A stretch of DNA of 64,000 nucleotides from an uncultured virus (IMG/VR IMGVR_UViG_3300000116_000008) (IMGVR_UViG_3300000116_000008), one strand, 5' to 3'. Positions 46,014 through 56,946 are shown, numbered from the stretch's first letter. Translations and numbers: made by a program. The notes: generated by a model from the letters alone, not told the origin.

Positions 46014-46931
46014 ATGAAAATTTTTATGACTGGAAGCTCCGGTTTTATAGGTAAATACCTAACTGAGAGATTGTCAGGCAAACATGAAATAATTCACATG
46101 GTAAGTAATCTTGAGGAATACGAGAGAGTGAATGAAGAAATCTCGATGGCACAGCCTGATATTGTTCTTCATCTCGCCGCAAGAACAGAAGTTGAGTCTT
46201 CCTTTTATGAACATGTAGATTTTTCTATTATTAACTACGTTGGATCTGTTAATCTCATAGAAGCATGTAGAAAAGTTAAGAACTTAAAATTATTCTTATT
46301 TGCTTCTACAATGGAAACTTATGGCTGGCAAGAAGTATCTGATTTAGTTAAGAATGGCAAAGCACTTCACTGGGCCAAGGATTATGCTTTTGATGAGCAA
46401 ACACCTCAAAACGCTAATGCTCCTTATGCTGTTGCAAAAGTAGCAGTTGAAAAATATTTAGAATATGCTGCACGTTCTTACGGACTACCTTGGGCTGCTA
46501 TTAGACAGACTAATTGTTACGGTCGTTGGGATAACACTTTTTTTGTTATGGAGTCTATTATATCCCAAATGCTCAAGTCTGATAGTATAAATCTTGGATA
46601 CTCAAAACCTTACAGAAACTTTATATTCATCGAAGATTTATTAGATTTTTATGAACTAATGATTGATAACTATGATAAAGCATCAGAAGGGAAAGTGTTC
46701 TGTTGTGGACCTAATAACCCTATTAGAATTAGTGATTTAACAGACATAATAGCTAAAAAGTTAAATTGGACTGGTAAAATAAACTGGGATACTAGACCTG
46801 AAAGACCTGGTGAGATATATTATTTATCTTCAAAATCTGATAAAGCTAAAGAATTTTTTGGTTTTCAGCACAAAGTAAATCTTGACGAAGGAATTGATAA
46901 AACAATTAAATTATGGCAAAACCAATCATAA
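46014..46931 (+). CDS. NAD-dependent epimerase/dehydratase
   Basis: GSSGFIG, HLAA, PYAVAK, RPGEI. Confidence 0.9.
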   Translation: MKIFMTGSSGFIGKYLTERLSGKHEIIHMVSNLEEYERVNEEISMAQPDIVLHLAARTEVESSFYEHVDFSIINYVGSVNLIEACRKVKNLKLFLFASTMETYGWQEVSDLVKNGKALHWAKDYAFDEQTPQNANAPYAVAKVAVEKYLEYAARSYGLPWAAIRQTNCYGRWDNTFFVMESIISQMLKSDSINLGYSKPYRNFIFIEDLLDFYELMIDNYDKASEGKVFCCGPNNPIRISDLTDIIAKKLNWTGKINWDTRPERPGEIYYLSSKSDKAKEFFGFQHKVNLDEGIDKTIKLWQNQS

Positions 46932-48076
46932 TTGATGAGGTACCTTATAGACATTCAGTACTCCGTAAGTATGATTTAGATTTTTCAAATATAACCTATT
47001 GGTGGAGCGACTCCTGTGAAGAGAACTTCTTTGATCGATTGAAAAGTCTAAATCTTTATAAAAAATTTGCTGAAGATATGATTTTAAATGATGCTTATCT
47101 TATACTTGATTTTTCACAAGACCCTATAAATATTAAAGATGTAGAAAACTTTTATAGAAAGACAGTATTTAGATTTTTTAAAAAATATAAAATTTCTTGG
47201 CATAGACTAATTATTCTTAGTCCTTCTCCTGACAATTTATTTTTTGATCTAGCGGGATATAACTATACTGTTTATGTAAAACCTAGTAAGGTTACAAGAC
47301 CTTATAAGCACATACACTATAATAACCTATTCCAATATACTAAAGAATGTTATATAGATTCTGATTTATGTGCTAAAGTCGATTTAAAACCTACTAAACA
47401 CTTTTTATTTATGTCATATAGAGACTCTATACCTAGAATGTTAATGAATACTTTTTTTCACATAAATAATCTTGTTGATGATAATTATATATCTCATAAT
47501 CGATTTAAAGAGCAAAGTGCACTTTCAACCTCTTCTAAGCTAAGTTTAATAAGAACTATTTTTAAGTCTACAAAAAACTTTAATTTTGAATCTTTTGTTA
47601 AATACGGGTTTTTAAGACAAACTTTAGATGACCCCAGCGATAAATCTGAAGCTACTCACTCGTATGACTTGCATAGATTATACAGCTCTAAAACGTGTTT
47701 TGAGATTGTTGCTGAAACGTGTGTCGCACATAATAAACTCTGTATTACAGAGAAGACTTTCAAACCTATTCTTTCAAAAAGTGTTTTTCTGTTAATGGGA
47801 AATCCCCGTTCTATTAATCTATTAAAAAGTTTGGGATTCAAAACATTTTCTGATATTATAGATGAGAGTTATGATAATGAAGAAATATTTTATAAAAGAT
47901 TTTTAATGATCTTTGATGAGGTTAAAAAGTTATGCTCTTTAGATGTAACCTCTTTACATAAAAAACTTGAAGCAATGAATGAGATTGTAGAATATAATTA
48001 CAATCATTTTTTAAGTAATACTTGGAATTTCAACTTATTTCAAAATATACAACTACATATGGATACTAATAAATGA
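46913..48076 (+). CDS. Uncharacterised GT-like protein (ITEK family, copy 1)
   Basis: FEIVAET..ITEKTFKPI..LGFKTFSDIIDESYD. Confidence 0.6.
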   Translation: MAKPIIIDEVPYRHSVLRKYDLDFSNITYWWSDSCEENFFDRLKSLNLYKKFAEDMILNDAYLILDFSQDPINIKDVENFYRKTVFRFFKKYKISWHRLIILSPSPDNLFFDLAGYNYTVYVKPSKVTRPYKHIHYNNLFQYTKECYIDSDLCAKVDLKPTKHFLFMSYRDSIPRMLMNTFFHINNLVDDNYISHNRFKEQSALSTSSKLSLIRTIFKSTKNFNFESFVKYGFLRQTLDDPSDKSEATHSYDLHRLYSSKTCFEIVAETCVAHNKLCITEKTFKPILSKSVFLLMGNPRSINLLKSLGFKTFSDIIDESYDNEEIFYKRFLMIFDEVKKLCSLDVTSLHKKLEAMNEIVEYNYNHFLSNTWNFNLFQNIQLHMDTNK

Positions 48077-49182
48077 TTAAAAATTTTAATAATGATATTC
48101 TAAACTATGATTTAGAAAAATATAATTTTCCAGTATGGGCACTCAAGAGGGTTCAGGATATGTACCCTGACGTTTCATCTCTTGAGACTATACATTTACA
48201 TGTTCCAACAGTAAAGCTAGGAGCTTTACAGAGATATGTATCTGACGGCTGTGAAACTCCTGAATTTATGGAAATGTTAGATGATTTTCTAATAGAAAAT
48301 ATTGTACCTTTAGTTGATGGTAAAGACTTTTTAATACAACGTTTTGGTACTTTAAGAGTAGTAATACCAAATCAAGTCAAAGCTGGTAGGATTTTAAATT
48401 ATCATCAAGGCGTGTTTGTAGGTAATGGCACAGGTTTGCGTACTATATGGACTCCTTTTACAAACTGTTGGGGTAATAATTCTATGCATATGCTTGATTA
48501 TGATGAGAGTGTTGATATCACAAAACGTAGTATCAAAGAAAAATGGTCTCAACAATATTTAAATGAGTATTCTGAATCTAAATCTTTTCATATAGAGCTT
48601 AAGCGTGGGCAATCATGGTTATTCAATCAAGAACTTATACACGGTAATGTTAATAATGACACAGGTATTACTCGTGTTAGTATGGACTTAAGAATCATGA
48701 TAGAAGGCGAAAATTATGGTCGTAAGTATCCTGGACAGTATTTTAGGATTCCTTATGATTGGAAATTAGACAGAACAAAAGATAAAATTGATAATAAACA
48801 AACTTTTATATCTTACGTAGGATGGAACTCTCAATATTCAAAGCATCTACCTATGATTCTCCAGAGAAGTTTTATGGATAAGTATTTAAATAAGCATAGT
48901 ATTACTATCAATGATTATCATCAAGAAAATGAGTACTTAGATCATCAACCTAATTTACAATTTTTAACTAAAAATATAGATAATATAGTCATGTTGAGTA
49001 TTTACTGTTTACCCGATAATGTGGAGGACAGACAAAAAATTTATGAAACAGCAATAGCCAATAATTGTCAGTTGCATTTTGCTCAAGAAGATATTATAAT
49101 TAATGATCAAGATGATATCAATTTAATAGAAAAATACCTTACCTGGGGTTCATCTTACTTAGAATGGAGATTAAATGTCTAA
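48073..49182 (+). CDS. StrG-like 2OG oxygenase fused to a LIC12192-like carbohydrate-cluster domain
   Basis: QR..TLRV..YHQG..IWTP..HGNVNNDTGITRVSMDLR plus C-terminal IVMLSIYCLP..LHFAQE. Confidence 0.65.
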   Translation: MIKNFNNDILNYDLEKYNFPVWALKRVQDMYPDVSSLETIHLHVPTVKLGALQRYVSDGCETPEFMEMLDDFLIENIVPLVDGKDFLIQRFGTLRVVIPNQVKAGRILNYHQGVFVGNGTGLRTIWTPFTNCWGNNSMHMLDYDESVDITKRSIKEKWSQQYLNEYSESKSFHIELKRGQSWLFNQELIHGNVNNDTGITRVSMDLRIMIEGENYGRKYPGQYFRIPYDWKLDRTKDKIDNKQTFISYVGWNSQYSKHLPMILQRSFMDKYLNKHSITINDYHQENEYLDHQPNLQFLTKNIDNIVMLSIYCLPDNVEDRQKIYETAIANNCQLHFAQEDIIINDQDDINLIEKYLTWGSSYLEWRLNV

Positions 49183-49492
49183 CGTTTTTTCAAATGCGAG
49201 TTTTGCAGTTCTCTCAGTTATGCAAAATCACATAAACAACACCTTTATTGGTGCAACTGCTTTTGTTCAAAGAAAGCCTGAAGCCAACTATGGAAATATA
49301 CAAACTGTTTCTTTTGCGGCTGCTAACTTTGAAGATGAAGATTTCAATGTTGAAGCTAGATTTGAGGCTAATGTAGCTGCTAACATACAGCAACGAATTA
49401 CTTCTTATGAACAAGGAGATAGCCCCTTAGTTTCTTCTAACAGTAATATTAGCGCAAAAAGTTATGTTATGTCCGCAACAGAAATCAAGTAA
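49175..49492 (+). CDS. Hypothetical protein
   Basis: GGAGA SD; coupled. Confidence 0.55.
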   Translation: MSNVFSNASFAVLSVMQNHINNTFIGATAFVQRKPEANYGNIQTVSFAAANFEDEDFNVEARFEANVAANIQQRITSYEQGDSPLVSSNSNISAKSYVMSATEIK

Positions 49493-50423
49493 CTTTTTAT
49501 CAACAGTTACAGATGATTGTGAAATGAAGTTGATTACTAAAAAAGTAGTCAACTTTATTAGTAATTACGTACCTAATAACGTAAAATTTATTGATTTAAC
49601 TTGGTTTAATCAATATGATAATACAATTAATTTCTTAGATGATTCTTTAATTTTTGCTATTGATGTCGCAGATCCTCCTTATTATTTTGAAGAAAAATAC
49701 CAGTGGATAAAGAAATATCAAGGCAGGGTGATTTATGTAGGACCTGTAATTGAAAATATGCCTTGTCCTACGATTCCTTTTTTTGGTTGGTTACGTTTTA
49801 GACCGCAGGAAGTAAAAAGTAAAATTACATATGAAGACTTTTTTGTTTCTTTCAACCGAAAACCTCACTTACACAGACAGCAATATTTTGACAGCTTGAA
49901 AAACCACTCTAACCTACTTTCTAAAGGGTACGTTAGTTTTTTTGAGGATTTATCAAAACATGAAATCTCTAAATTATCCTTGGATAAAGACATAGTTAAA
50001 CTACAATCTTTAGCACAACAAATTGATGAAAAACAACTATACTCAGGATTTGAAATTGTTTGTGAAACTTCCGCTACTGATTATCATATATTTATAACTG
50101 AAAAATTTAATAAGTGTGTCGCCTCCGAGACTCCTCTGCTTTTACTAGGAGATTATAAAACTTTATCTTGTCTTAAAACTTACTATGGATTTACCGATTT
50201 TGGCCCAGATGACAGTTATGATAATGAGGTAAATTACTACACTAGACTCTCTAAAGTCTTAGATATTGCTGATAACTTTTATTCATACTCATTACGTAAA
50301 GTTTTTGATAACGCTAAAATAAATGCAGATCATTTACACAATCGTTTTGACGATATTCATGACGGCTATGTTATTAAATTTTTAGAGAAAGCCCTAAAAT
50401 ATGTACAACGTAACTTACAATAA
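49464..50423 (+). CDS. Uncharacterised GT-like protein (ITEK family, copy 2)
   Basis: FNRKPHLHR, FEIVCET..FITEK..DDSYD. Confidence 0.6.
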   Translation: MLCPQQKSSNFLSTVTDDCEMKLITKKVVNFISNYVPNNVKFIDLTWFNQYDNTINFLDDSLIFAIDVADPPYYFEEKYQWIKKYQGRVIYVGPVIENMPCPTIPFFGWLRFRPQEVKSKITYEDFFVSFNRKPHLHRQQYFDSLKNHSNLLSKGYVSFFEDLSKHEISKLSLDKDIVKLQSLAQQIDEKQLYSGFEIVCETSATDYHIFITEKFNKCVASETPLLLLGDYKTLSCLKTYYGFTDFGPDDSYDNEVNYYTRLSKVLDIADNFYSYSLRKVFDNAKINADHLHNRFDDIHDGYVIKFLEKALKYVQRNLQ

Positions 50424-51579
50424 AGAACTACCTTGTAACGATGCCATTACGTTTGACACGCGCATGTTTCCTAAAAAAATCTATTGGTGGCATGATGTAG
50501 GTGAGCATACTCTATCAAAATGTTTTAATTTAACAGAGGTAGTAAATTGTTTAACGTCTGGAGGGTTCTTTGTACTAGACTTAAGTTCTGATCCTTACAT
50601 GAATACGCTTTCTAATTTTAATAGCCCAGCATTTCAACAAATCCTTCAATTGTTTACAGACCACAATATATCTCTAAAGCAACTAATACTATTAACTCCA
50701 ACACCGGAGCCTCTTTTTAAAAAACTTATGACTGTCGGGTACGATGAATATCCTTCAAATAAGCCTTTTGAGTTCTCTTTCAAATACTTTTTCTATAATA
50801 GATTTTTCTTAGATGTTACAAACAATATCAAATTAAAAAGGCCATGGCTGCAAACACTGTATTTTGAGAAGGACATTCAAACTCATTTTCTAAGTTTATC
50901 TCGTAAAGATACTCTTCCAAGACGTTTTTTAAATCATTTACTACATGAGGAAGATTTATTTAAATACGGTTTAGTTTCCCATAAGAGAATAAAAGAGGAC
51001 CCTTTTAACATAAGTGATGATGAGTTACTATTACAAGATAAAGCTTTTATAACAGATCATATTACACGGAGATTAAATTATATAAACTTTGGTTATAAAA
51101 AACATTTACTAGACGAAGAATTTACTAGTAAATGTGCGATGAATGGAGATAATTATACTTTCCACTCTTTGATGAGTAGTAAAGTATTTTTTGAATTAGT
51201 TAATGAAAGCTGGCCTTTTGTCAATAATGCGTTGTTTGTTAGTGAAAAGCTACTCAAATCTATTTTTGCTAAAAATATTTTTGTTGTTTTTGGCAATCCT
51301 TATACCTTAAAATACTTACGTAACCTTGGTTTTAAAACTTTCTCTCATATTTTTGATGAATCTTACGACGAAAAATTAAATACAAAAAGTCGTGTAACCG
51401 CTATATTCAAATTGCTACACAACCTTGTTTCTCTACCAATATCGGATTGCAAGAAAATATATGATGAAACTCAAGAAATTTTAGACTATAATTATAATCA
51501 TTTGTTGAAATCTAAATGGAATTTTCAAATACATAAAAAAATTGAAAATTATATTATTGAACGGAGTTTATATGATTAA
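50401..51579 (+). CDS. Uncharacterised GT-like protein (ITEK family, copy 3)
   Basis: FELVNES..FVSEK..LGFKTFSHIFDESYD. Confidence 0.6.
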   Translation: MYNVTYNKELPCNDAITFDTRMFPKKIYWWHDVGEHTLSKCFNLTEVVNCLTSGGFFVLDLSSDPYMNTLSNFNSPAFQQILQLFTDHNISLKQLILLTPTPEPLFKKLMTVGYDEYPSNKPFEFSFKYFFYNRFFLDVTNNIKLKRPWLQTLYFEKDIQTHFLSLSRKDTLPRRFLNHLLHEEDLFKYGLVSHKRIKEDPFNISDDELLLQDKAFITDHITRRLNYINFGYKKHLLDEEFTSKCAMNGDNYTFHSLMSSKVFFELVNESWPFVNNALFVSEKLLKSIFAKNIFVVFGNPYTLKYLRNLGFKTFSHIFDESYDEKLNTKSRVTAIFKLLHNLVSLPISDCKKIYDETQEILDYNYNHLLKSKWNFQIHKKIENYIIERSLYD

Positions 51580-52327
51580 AACTGCTGTACGTATGGCATT
51601 GTTATCAAAGATAGTATATTATGACTATGATAGAATAAACACAATCTTACTTAAGATGGGATTGAAAGACTGGTATTGGTTTGATACTGAAGGTACTCAA
51701 GCTATAGTAGTTAAGACAGATAAAGAATTAATTGTATGTTTTAGAGGTACAGAGCCAGATCAAATGACAGATCTTATGTCAGATATTAAAGTTTGGAGAA
51801 AACCTTCCCGTGAAAAAGGATTAGTTCATTTTGGTTTTGCACAAGCGTTAGATAAAGTATATGATAAGATAATAGATCAGATAGATAGATTAGAAACTAC
51901 TGGTTTAAAAATAATATGCACAGGACATTCATTAGGAGCTGCGTTAGCTACTATATTTGCTAGCCGAATTGATGCTAAATACTTATTTACATTTGGTTCA
52001 CCAAGAGTCGGTAATAAAAGTTTTGTTAAAGAAATGGATAATGATAAAATTACTCATTATCGTTTTGTTAATAATAACGATATTGTGACTAAGATTCCAT
52101 TAGCTTTAGTGTTTTATAGACATCATGGTAAATTAGTCTACATTAATCATTATGGTAATATTAGAAATATGACTTGGTGGCAACGCTTTAAAGACGGACT
52201 AAGAGGTCGTAGAGCAGCGTGGTGGAATAAACAACCTTTTGATGGTCTAAGAGACCATGACATAGCGGCATATTATAAAAAAATTACTAACGAAAGTTTT
52301 AATGCAAGTTTACAGAGCCCGAAGTAA
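51572..52327 (+). CDS. Lipase class 3 (probable start MIKTAV)
   Basis: VCFRGT, VHFGF, TGHSLGAALA, TFGSPRVG, NNNDIV. Confidence 0.92.
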   Translation: MIKTAVRMALLSKIVYYDYDRINTILLKMGLKDWYWFDTEGTQAIVVKTDKELIVCFRGTEPDQMTDLMSDIKVWRKPSREKGLVHFGFAQALDKVYDKIIDQIDRLETTGLKIICTGHSLGAALATIFASRIDAKYLFTFGSPRVGNKSFVKEMDNDKITHYRFVNNNDIVTKIPLALVFYRHHGKLVYINHYGNIRNMTWWQRFKDGLRGRRAAWWNKQPFDGLRDHDIAAYYKKITNESFNASLQSPK

Positions 52328-52502
52328 TTGTCCAGTTTGTAATAGACCTGAAGAAGTCTGGTTTCAAAAAGGTAAAGTTGTACCAATAGATTTGATAGAA
52401 TGCCCGAAATGTCAAAACATATTTGAACCACAAGATTTCGTATCTACCTTCTTAGAAATGAAACAAAACTCTACAATATCTACTTCTCAAATAATCCTTT
52501 AA
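52302..52502 (+). CDS. Zinc-ribbon protein
   Basis: CPVC...CPKC. Confidence 0.65.
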   Translation: MQVYRARSNCPVCNRPEEVWFQKGKVVPIDLIECPKCQNIFEPQDFVSTFLEMKQNSTISTSQIIL

Positions 52503-52557
52503 GTTGCTAACTCCTTGATTTTTATGTAATATATACATATAAATAAAGGAGAAGTTT

Positions 52558-52854
52558 ATGGCTAGAGGAAAAAGAAGTTCAGGAAATAACTACACATCTA
52601 AAGGTGAGCGACGTAATGTTAGTCGTTCTGTTCTAAAAAGTCTAAAAATAGACTATAATAAGTCTATGGATCGTATCAACAATCAAGTATCTGCTTGGAG
52701 AAGAGGTTTGCATGTCATGCTTACCATCGCTAATCCCGACAAAAAAGAGACTAATAAACCTTATATTAGGGTAAACGCTCTTAATGTTTGGGGTCCTCCT
52801 CGTCAAATGAGTGACTTATATAGTAGGAAACGAAGAAATGACCGAGTTAACTAA
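52558..52854 (+). CDS. Small basic protein
   Basis: AGGAGA SD and promoter; YTSKGERRNV..TIANP..TNKPYIRV. Confidence 0.7.
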   Translation: MARGKRSSGNNYTSKGERRNVSRSVLKSLKIDYNKSMDRINNQVSAWRRGLHVMLTIANPDKKETNKPYIRVNALNVWGPPRQMSDLYSRKRRNDRVN

Positions 52855-53059
52855 GAGTTTCATAGGCGTTTTCAAAGAAAATAGTTTTGCTCTTGCCCTA
52901 GTGTATACTATTGGTCATGTAATTATTGCACTAAATGTTGTATACTGGATGACAGGAGCAAGTGTGTTTGAGGCTGGTTTAGTTGCTTTAGTCGAGCCAG
53001 CCATCAACGGCTTTTGGTTTTTTCTATTACACAAAATATGGAGAAAATGTAATGTATAG
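52838..53059 (+). CDS. DUF2061-like membrane protein
   Basis: YTIGHVIIA..AGLVALVEPAINGFWFFLLH. Confidence 0.7.
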   Translation: MTELTKSFIGVFKENSFALALVYTIGHVIIALNVVYWMTGASVFEAGLVALVEPAINGFWFFLLHKIWRKCNV

Positions 53060-53372
53060 ACCTTTACCCGATGGATTAACTATTAAGAAATCTAATGTGC
53101 AAGGTTTAGGGCTATTTGCTACAAAAGATTTTGAAGCAAATCTTATATTAGGTATTGTACATGTAATGAATAAAAACTTTCCGCACGGTGCAATTAGAAC
53201 GGCACTTGGCGCATTTTACAATCATTCAGAAGAACCTAATTGTGTTAATACAAAAGGCTTTTGGCATCAGATACCTGTATGCTATTTGCAAACAACAAAG
53301 CCTATTATAGCAGGAGAAGAACTCACTGCAAAATATACCTTATATGGTGATTTTAGTATGGAGAACAGTTAA
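53052..53372 (+). CDS. SET-domain protein (second)
   Basis: GLGLFA, YNHSEEPNC, GEELTAKY. Confidence 0.85.
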   Translation: MYRPLPDGLTIKKSNVQGLGLFATKDFEANLILGIVHVMNKNFPHGAIRTALGAFYNHSEEPNCVNTKGFWHQIPVCYLQTTKPIIAGEELTAKYTLYGDFSMENS

Positions 53373-54238
53373 TGCCTGAGGGTCCAGAATGCACTCGTAC
53401 TGCTAAACAAGTTGATAGAGCAGTTAGAGGCAAACAACTTGTAAATATTAACTTTGTGTCTGGTAGGTACACTAAAAAATCGCCCATAGGCTTTGGGGAT
53501 TTTTATATAGCACTTGAAGAGCAGCACTTACCTGTTAAGGGGGTTTTTAACAAAGGCAAGTTTATTTATTGGGAATTTGGAGATCTACTTCCAATTTGTT
53601 GGATGTATACTACTCTCGGCATGACAGGCAACTTTAAATTACAACCTTCAAAACATACCCGTGTTGCTTTTTACTTTGATGACGATTCTTCACTTTATTA
53701 CAACGATCAACGTAATTTTGGTACAGTAAAATTTGTATTTAATGAAAAAGAGCATGAGAAGAAAATTAACTCTATTGGCCCTGATATGCTAAATAATCCG
53801 TGCACCTTTGATACTTTTTGTAAAATTGCAGAAAAGAAACCTAAGTGGCAGGTTGTAAAATGGTTAATGGAGCAAAGTCAGATATCGGGTGTTGGTAATA
53901 TATATAAATCGGAGTCTCTATTTTTATCAAAGATTTCTCCATTTAGACTGATGGAAAGTTTAAGTAGCTATGATTTAGAACAGCTATACCTTTCTGTCTG
54001 TAAAGTTCTACGCAATGCTTATGATAATGGAGGCTCTACTATAAGAAGTTATTCAGATTTATATAATAATGCGGGGCAATATACTCGTTTTGCTTCTACT
54101 CCGAATGAGATTAAAGAAGCAAGAGGAGGTCATGTAATGGTTTATAACCAAAAGGAAGATATCTTTGGTAATCCTATTGAAAAAGCTAAACTATCTGATG
54201 GAAGAACAACTTTTTGGTCACCGTCTATCCAATCTTAG
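53372..54238 (+). CDS. Fpg/Nei DNA glycosylase/AP lyase lacking the zinc finger
   Basis: MPEGPE, KGK, LGMTG, D.RNFG, SGVGNIYKSESLF, GRTTFW. Confidence 0.92.
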   Translation: MPEGPECTRTAKQVDRAVRGKQLVNINFVSGRYTKKSPIGFGDFYIALEEQHLPVKGVFNKGKFIYWEFGDLLPICWMYTTLGMTGNFKLQPSKHTRVAFYFDDDSSLYYNDQRNFGTVKFVFNEKEHEKKINSIGPDMLNNPCTFDTFCKIAEKKPKWQVVKWLMEQSQISGVGNIYKSESLFLSKISPFRLMESLSSYDLEQLYLSVCKVLRNAYDNGGSTIRSYSDLYNNAGQYTRFASTPNEIKEARGGHVMVYNQKEDIFGNPIEKAKLSDGRTTFWSPSIQS

Positions 54239-54287
54239 TTTGCATAAATCCTAATTATTTGTTAATATAAACAAAATAGGAGATTAT

Positions 54288-54584
54288 ATGCGAAAATATA
54301 CATTATCTAAAAAAGCACTTGAAGAAAACCACGATAAATGGTTATGTTCAAGAGGTGTTCATCCCGACCAACTTAAAAATAAACCTAAATATCGTGCTAA
54401 AGCACCCGTTTATAAAATAGAACGTAAACACCCTACATCCGATGTAGTTGGTAATGGTTTTGTTCGTAAACAATCAGCCTATTCTGGTAGTGGAATTACT
54501 ATTGGACAAGCCTATAATAAAGGTAACTTAGTTGTACTATCAAAAAATGAAGCATCAGATGCAGCAACAGGAAAAAGAAGATGA
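54288..54584 (+). CDS. Small basic conserved phage protein
   Basis: AGGAGA SD; TIGQAYNKGNLVVL. Confidence 0.68.
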   Translation: MRKYTLSKKALEENHDKWLCSRGVHPDQLKNKPKYRAKAPVYKIERKHPTSDVVGNGFVRKQSAYSGSGITIGQAYNKGNLVVLSKNEASDAATGKRR

Positions 54585-55126
54585 CAAAACTACTAGAACA
54601 AGTAAGTATTAATAAATGGACACAAGACTTTATTAAAGAAGTTGAGCAGTACATTCAAACTGAGATATATAAAAATTTCAATTTATCACAAATTAACTTA
54701 GATTGGAATCCTCGTAGACGATCTTCTCGTGGGGGTATTTATACGGCGGGTCCTGGTATCAATATTGCTATGTTTCATATGATTCCTAAAAGCCCTTTTG
54801 ATGATGATGATTTAATTGAGATTTATCGTGTATATGAGTATAAATCTTTTGATGCTGATAAAGAGATTGGAGGTATTTACTCAAACTTTAAATACCAAAA
54901 ACTACAATTAGTTGTTTTACATGAAATTGCCCACGCATTACAATACTACTCTTATAAAATTAATAATTTTAGGTGCAAACCGCATGGTATTACTTTTAAG
55001 AATTTTTATCGTAGACTAAGAAATAAATTCTTAAACCCCTTCCTTCCAGACCAAAATAAGTTTAAAATACTATATGATAAAGAAATTAATGCTCTTAAAG
55101 ACAAGAGTGCTTTAAATTGGAGATAA
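54581..55126 (+). CDS. SprT-like zinc metalloprotease
   Basis: VLHEIAHA...PHG..FK. Confidence 0.7.
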   Translation: MTKLLEQVSINKWTQDFIKEVEQYIQTEIYKNFNLSQINLDWNPRRRSSRGGIYTAGPGINIAMFHMIPKSPFDDDDLIEIYRVYEYKSFDADKEIGGIYSNFKYQKLQLVVLHEIAHALQYYSYKINNFRCKPHGITFKNFYRRLRNKFLNPFLPDQNKFKILYDKEINALKDKSALNWR

Positions 55127-55127
55127 A

Positions 55128-56207
55128 TTGTCAGATAACTTTTGTTCAAGACCTTTCAATGAATTACATATAGAAGAAAATGGAAACATAACTCCGTGTT
55201 GTGTAATGCCTTCCAATAGATTTTTTATGGGAAACGGTATTGAAAATTATTTTTCAGGGCAACCATTAGAGCAACTGAAACAAAAACTAAATCAAAATGA
55301 AAGACCCGTTGAATGCGAATACTGCTGGAAAGCAGAGGATGTTAACCTTAAAACGCATAGAATAGCCGACAACCAAAAGGGTATCAGGCAAGTTCATATA
55401 AGGTTAAATAATGTCTGTAATTTTAAATGTAGAATGTGTAATCCTAAATTCTCGTCAACTTGGGAAATCGAAAACAGAAAACATAAATTCTTTGGAGAAA
55501 GTTTCTCTACCCAAAAAGATGTATTTGATTATGATCCAAGATTATTGCCTTTTATAGTGAAAGCAATAAGAAAAATGAATCTTAAGTTTATTAATATATC
55601 AGGAGGAGAACCTTTAATTACCGATGCTAATTATAAGTTTTTAATGTATTTAATTAATCACAATGTTGCTAAAGACGTAACTTTAGCTTACTCTACAAAT
55701 TTATCTAAACTATCCTATAAAAATAAAGATTTATTTCCATTATGGAGTAAATTTAAAAAAATTAACTTAGAAGCTAGTTGTGATGGCTGGGGAGAAGCAG
55801 TTGAGTATTCACGGACGGGTTTTAATATGAAAACTTTTTTAACTAATTTTATGAAAGCATTAAAATATATTCATAGAATTAATTGTGTTGTTAATATTTA
55901 CAGTGTTTGGTCACTTCCTTACGTTGAGAAACTGAGTAGAAAGTTTGATAAAAAAGTTATATACGCTCCTTGTTTCTTGCCCGAATTTTTGAATCCTCAA
56001 AGATTATTACCCGAAGATAAAGAAAAGTTATACTACTTATATAAAGAATACCCAAATCTTTTAAAAGTTTTTGACGATTACATTTCAAAAGATTTACCTC
56101 CCCTAAAAGAAATGATATCTTATAACCAAATGTTAGATAAGTATAGAGAGACAGATTTTTTCTCTGTTTTTCCTCAATATAGGAAATATAATGATATTAG
56201 TTACTAA
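55128..56207 (+). CDS. Radical SAM protein with SPASM/twitch-like cluster (paralog of 39427)
   Basis: CNFKCRMC, SGGEP. Confidence 0.88.
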   Translation: MSDNFCSRPFNELHIEENGNITPCCVMPSNRFFMGNGIENYFSGQPLEQLKQKLNQNERPVECEYCWKAEDVNLKTHRIADNQKGIRQVHIRLNNVCNFKCRMCNPKFSSTWEIENRKHKFFGESFSTQKDVFDYDPRLLPFIVKAIRKMNLKFINISGGEPLITDANYKFLMYLINHNVAKDVTLAYSTNLSKLSYKNKDLFPLWSKFKKINLEASCDGWGEAVEYSRTGFNMKTFLTNFMKALKYIHRINCVVNIYSVWSLPYVEKLSRKFDKKVIYAPCFLPEFLNPQRLLPEDKEKLYYLYKEYPNLLKVFDDYISKDLPPLKEMISYNQMLDKYRETDFFSVFPQYRKYNDISY

Positions 56208-56946
56208 TGGTTGCTCTCATACTTGTGGAGCTGAGTTAACATACCCAATGGAAAGAGCCTGTTATGAAAAGGCTTGGCCTAAGCATCTTGCCACTTTACT
56301 TAATTGTGAGCATACTAATTTAGCTGATTCAGGAGCGTCTGCACATAGAATAGTTAGAACTACGATACGTTACATTATAGATATGTTTCAACAAAAAAAG
56401 AAACTTGACGAGCATTTCTTTATAATATTATGGCCAGGTATGTTTAGAGATGAATTGTACTTACCTCAAGAACATACTATTGAGGAAGGTGCTTCGTTTT
56501 ATGATAATAATTGGTTACCCTTAGTAGTTGGGAATGACGAGTCCTATAAAAAAGCATTTTCACATAGGTTTTATACCTACTATAAATCATGGGTAGTTTG
56601 TGGTGAAAAAGTAAAAAGACAGATGGACTATCTACATCATATTATGTTGTTACAAAACTTTTTTGTTATGTATAAAATTAAATATCTTTTTTGGAATGCA
56701 GCACACAGCCCTCTTGATTTTACTGACCCTGAGCTTAAAGGTTACCTTGGGTTAGTTTTTAAAAAGAATTTTCCTTTTTTACAAGACGTTAATGAGTGTT
56801 TTACCGTACTTCTCCGAAACAATAATCAAAATATTTCAGAACATAGTATGGCTAGCGGGTTTGGTTCACATTATGATGAAGAAGCTCTTAAATGGTTTGC
56901 TAATTATTTACACAAGTATATAAAGTCAAATAATCTTTTACCTTGA
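56191..56946 (+). CDS. SGNH-like protein (DUF6071-like)
   Basis: NGCSHTCG, NLADSGAS, GSH. Confidence 0.72.
   Translation: MILVTNGCSHTCGAELTYPMERACYEKAWPKHLATLLNCEHTNLADSGASAHRIVRTTIRYIIDMFQQKKKLDEHFFIILWPGMFRDELYLPQEHTIEEGASFYDNNWLPLVVGNDESYKKAFSHRFYTYYKSWVVCGEKVKRQMDYLHHIMLLQNFFVMYKIKYLFWNAAHSPLDFTDPELKGYLGLVFKKNFPFLQDVNECFTVLLRNNNQNISEHSMASGFGSHYDEEALKWFANYLHKYIKSNNLLP

Noticed and set aside
52538..52545. T4-type late promoter TATAAATA (also at 62362)
   Set aside because: Likely by chance at this AT content, and both sit beside sigma70-like promoters
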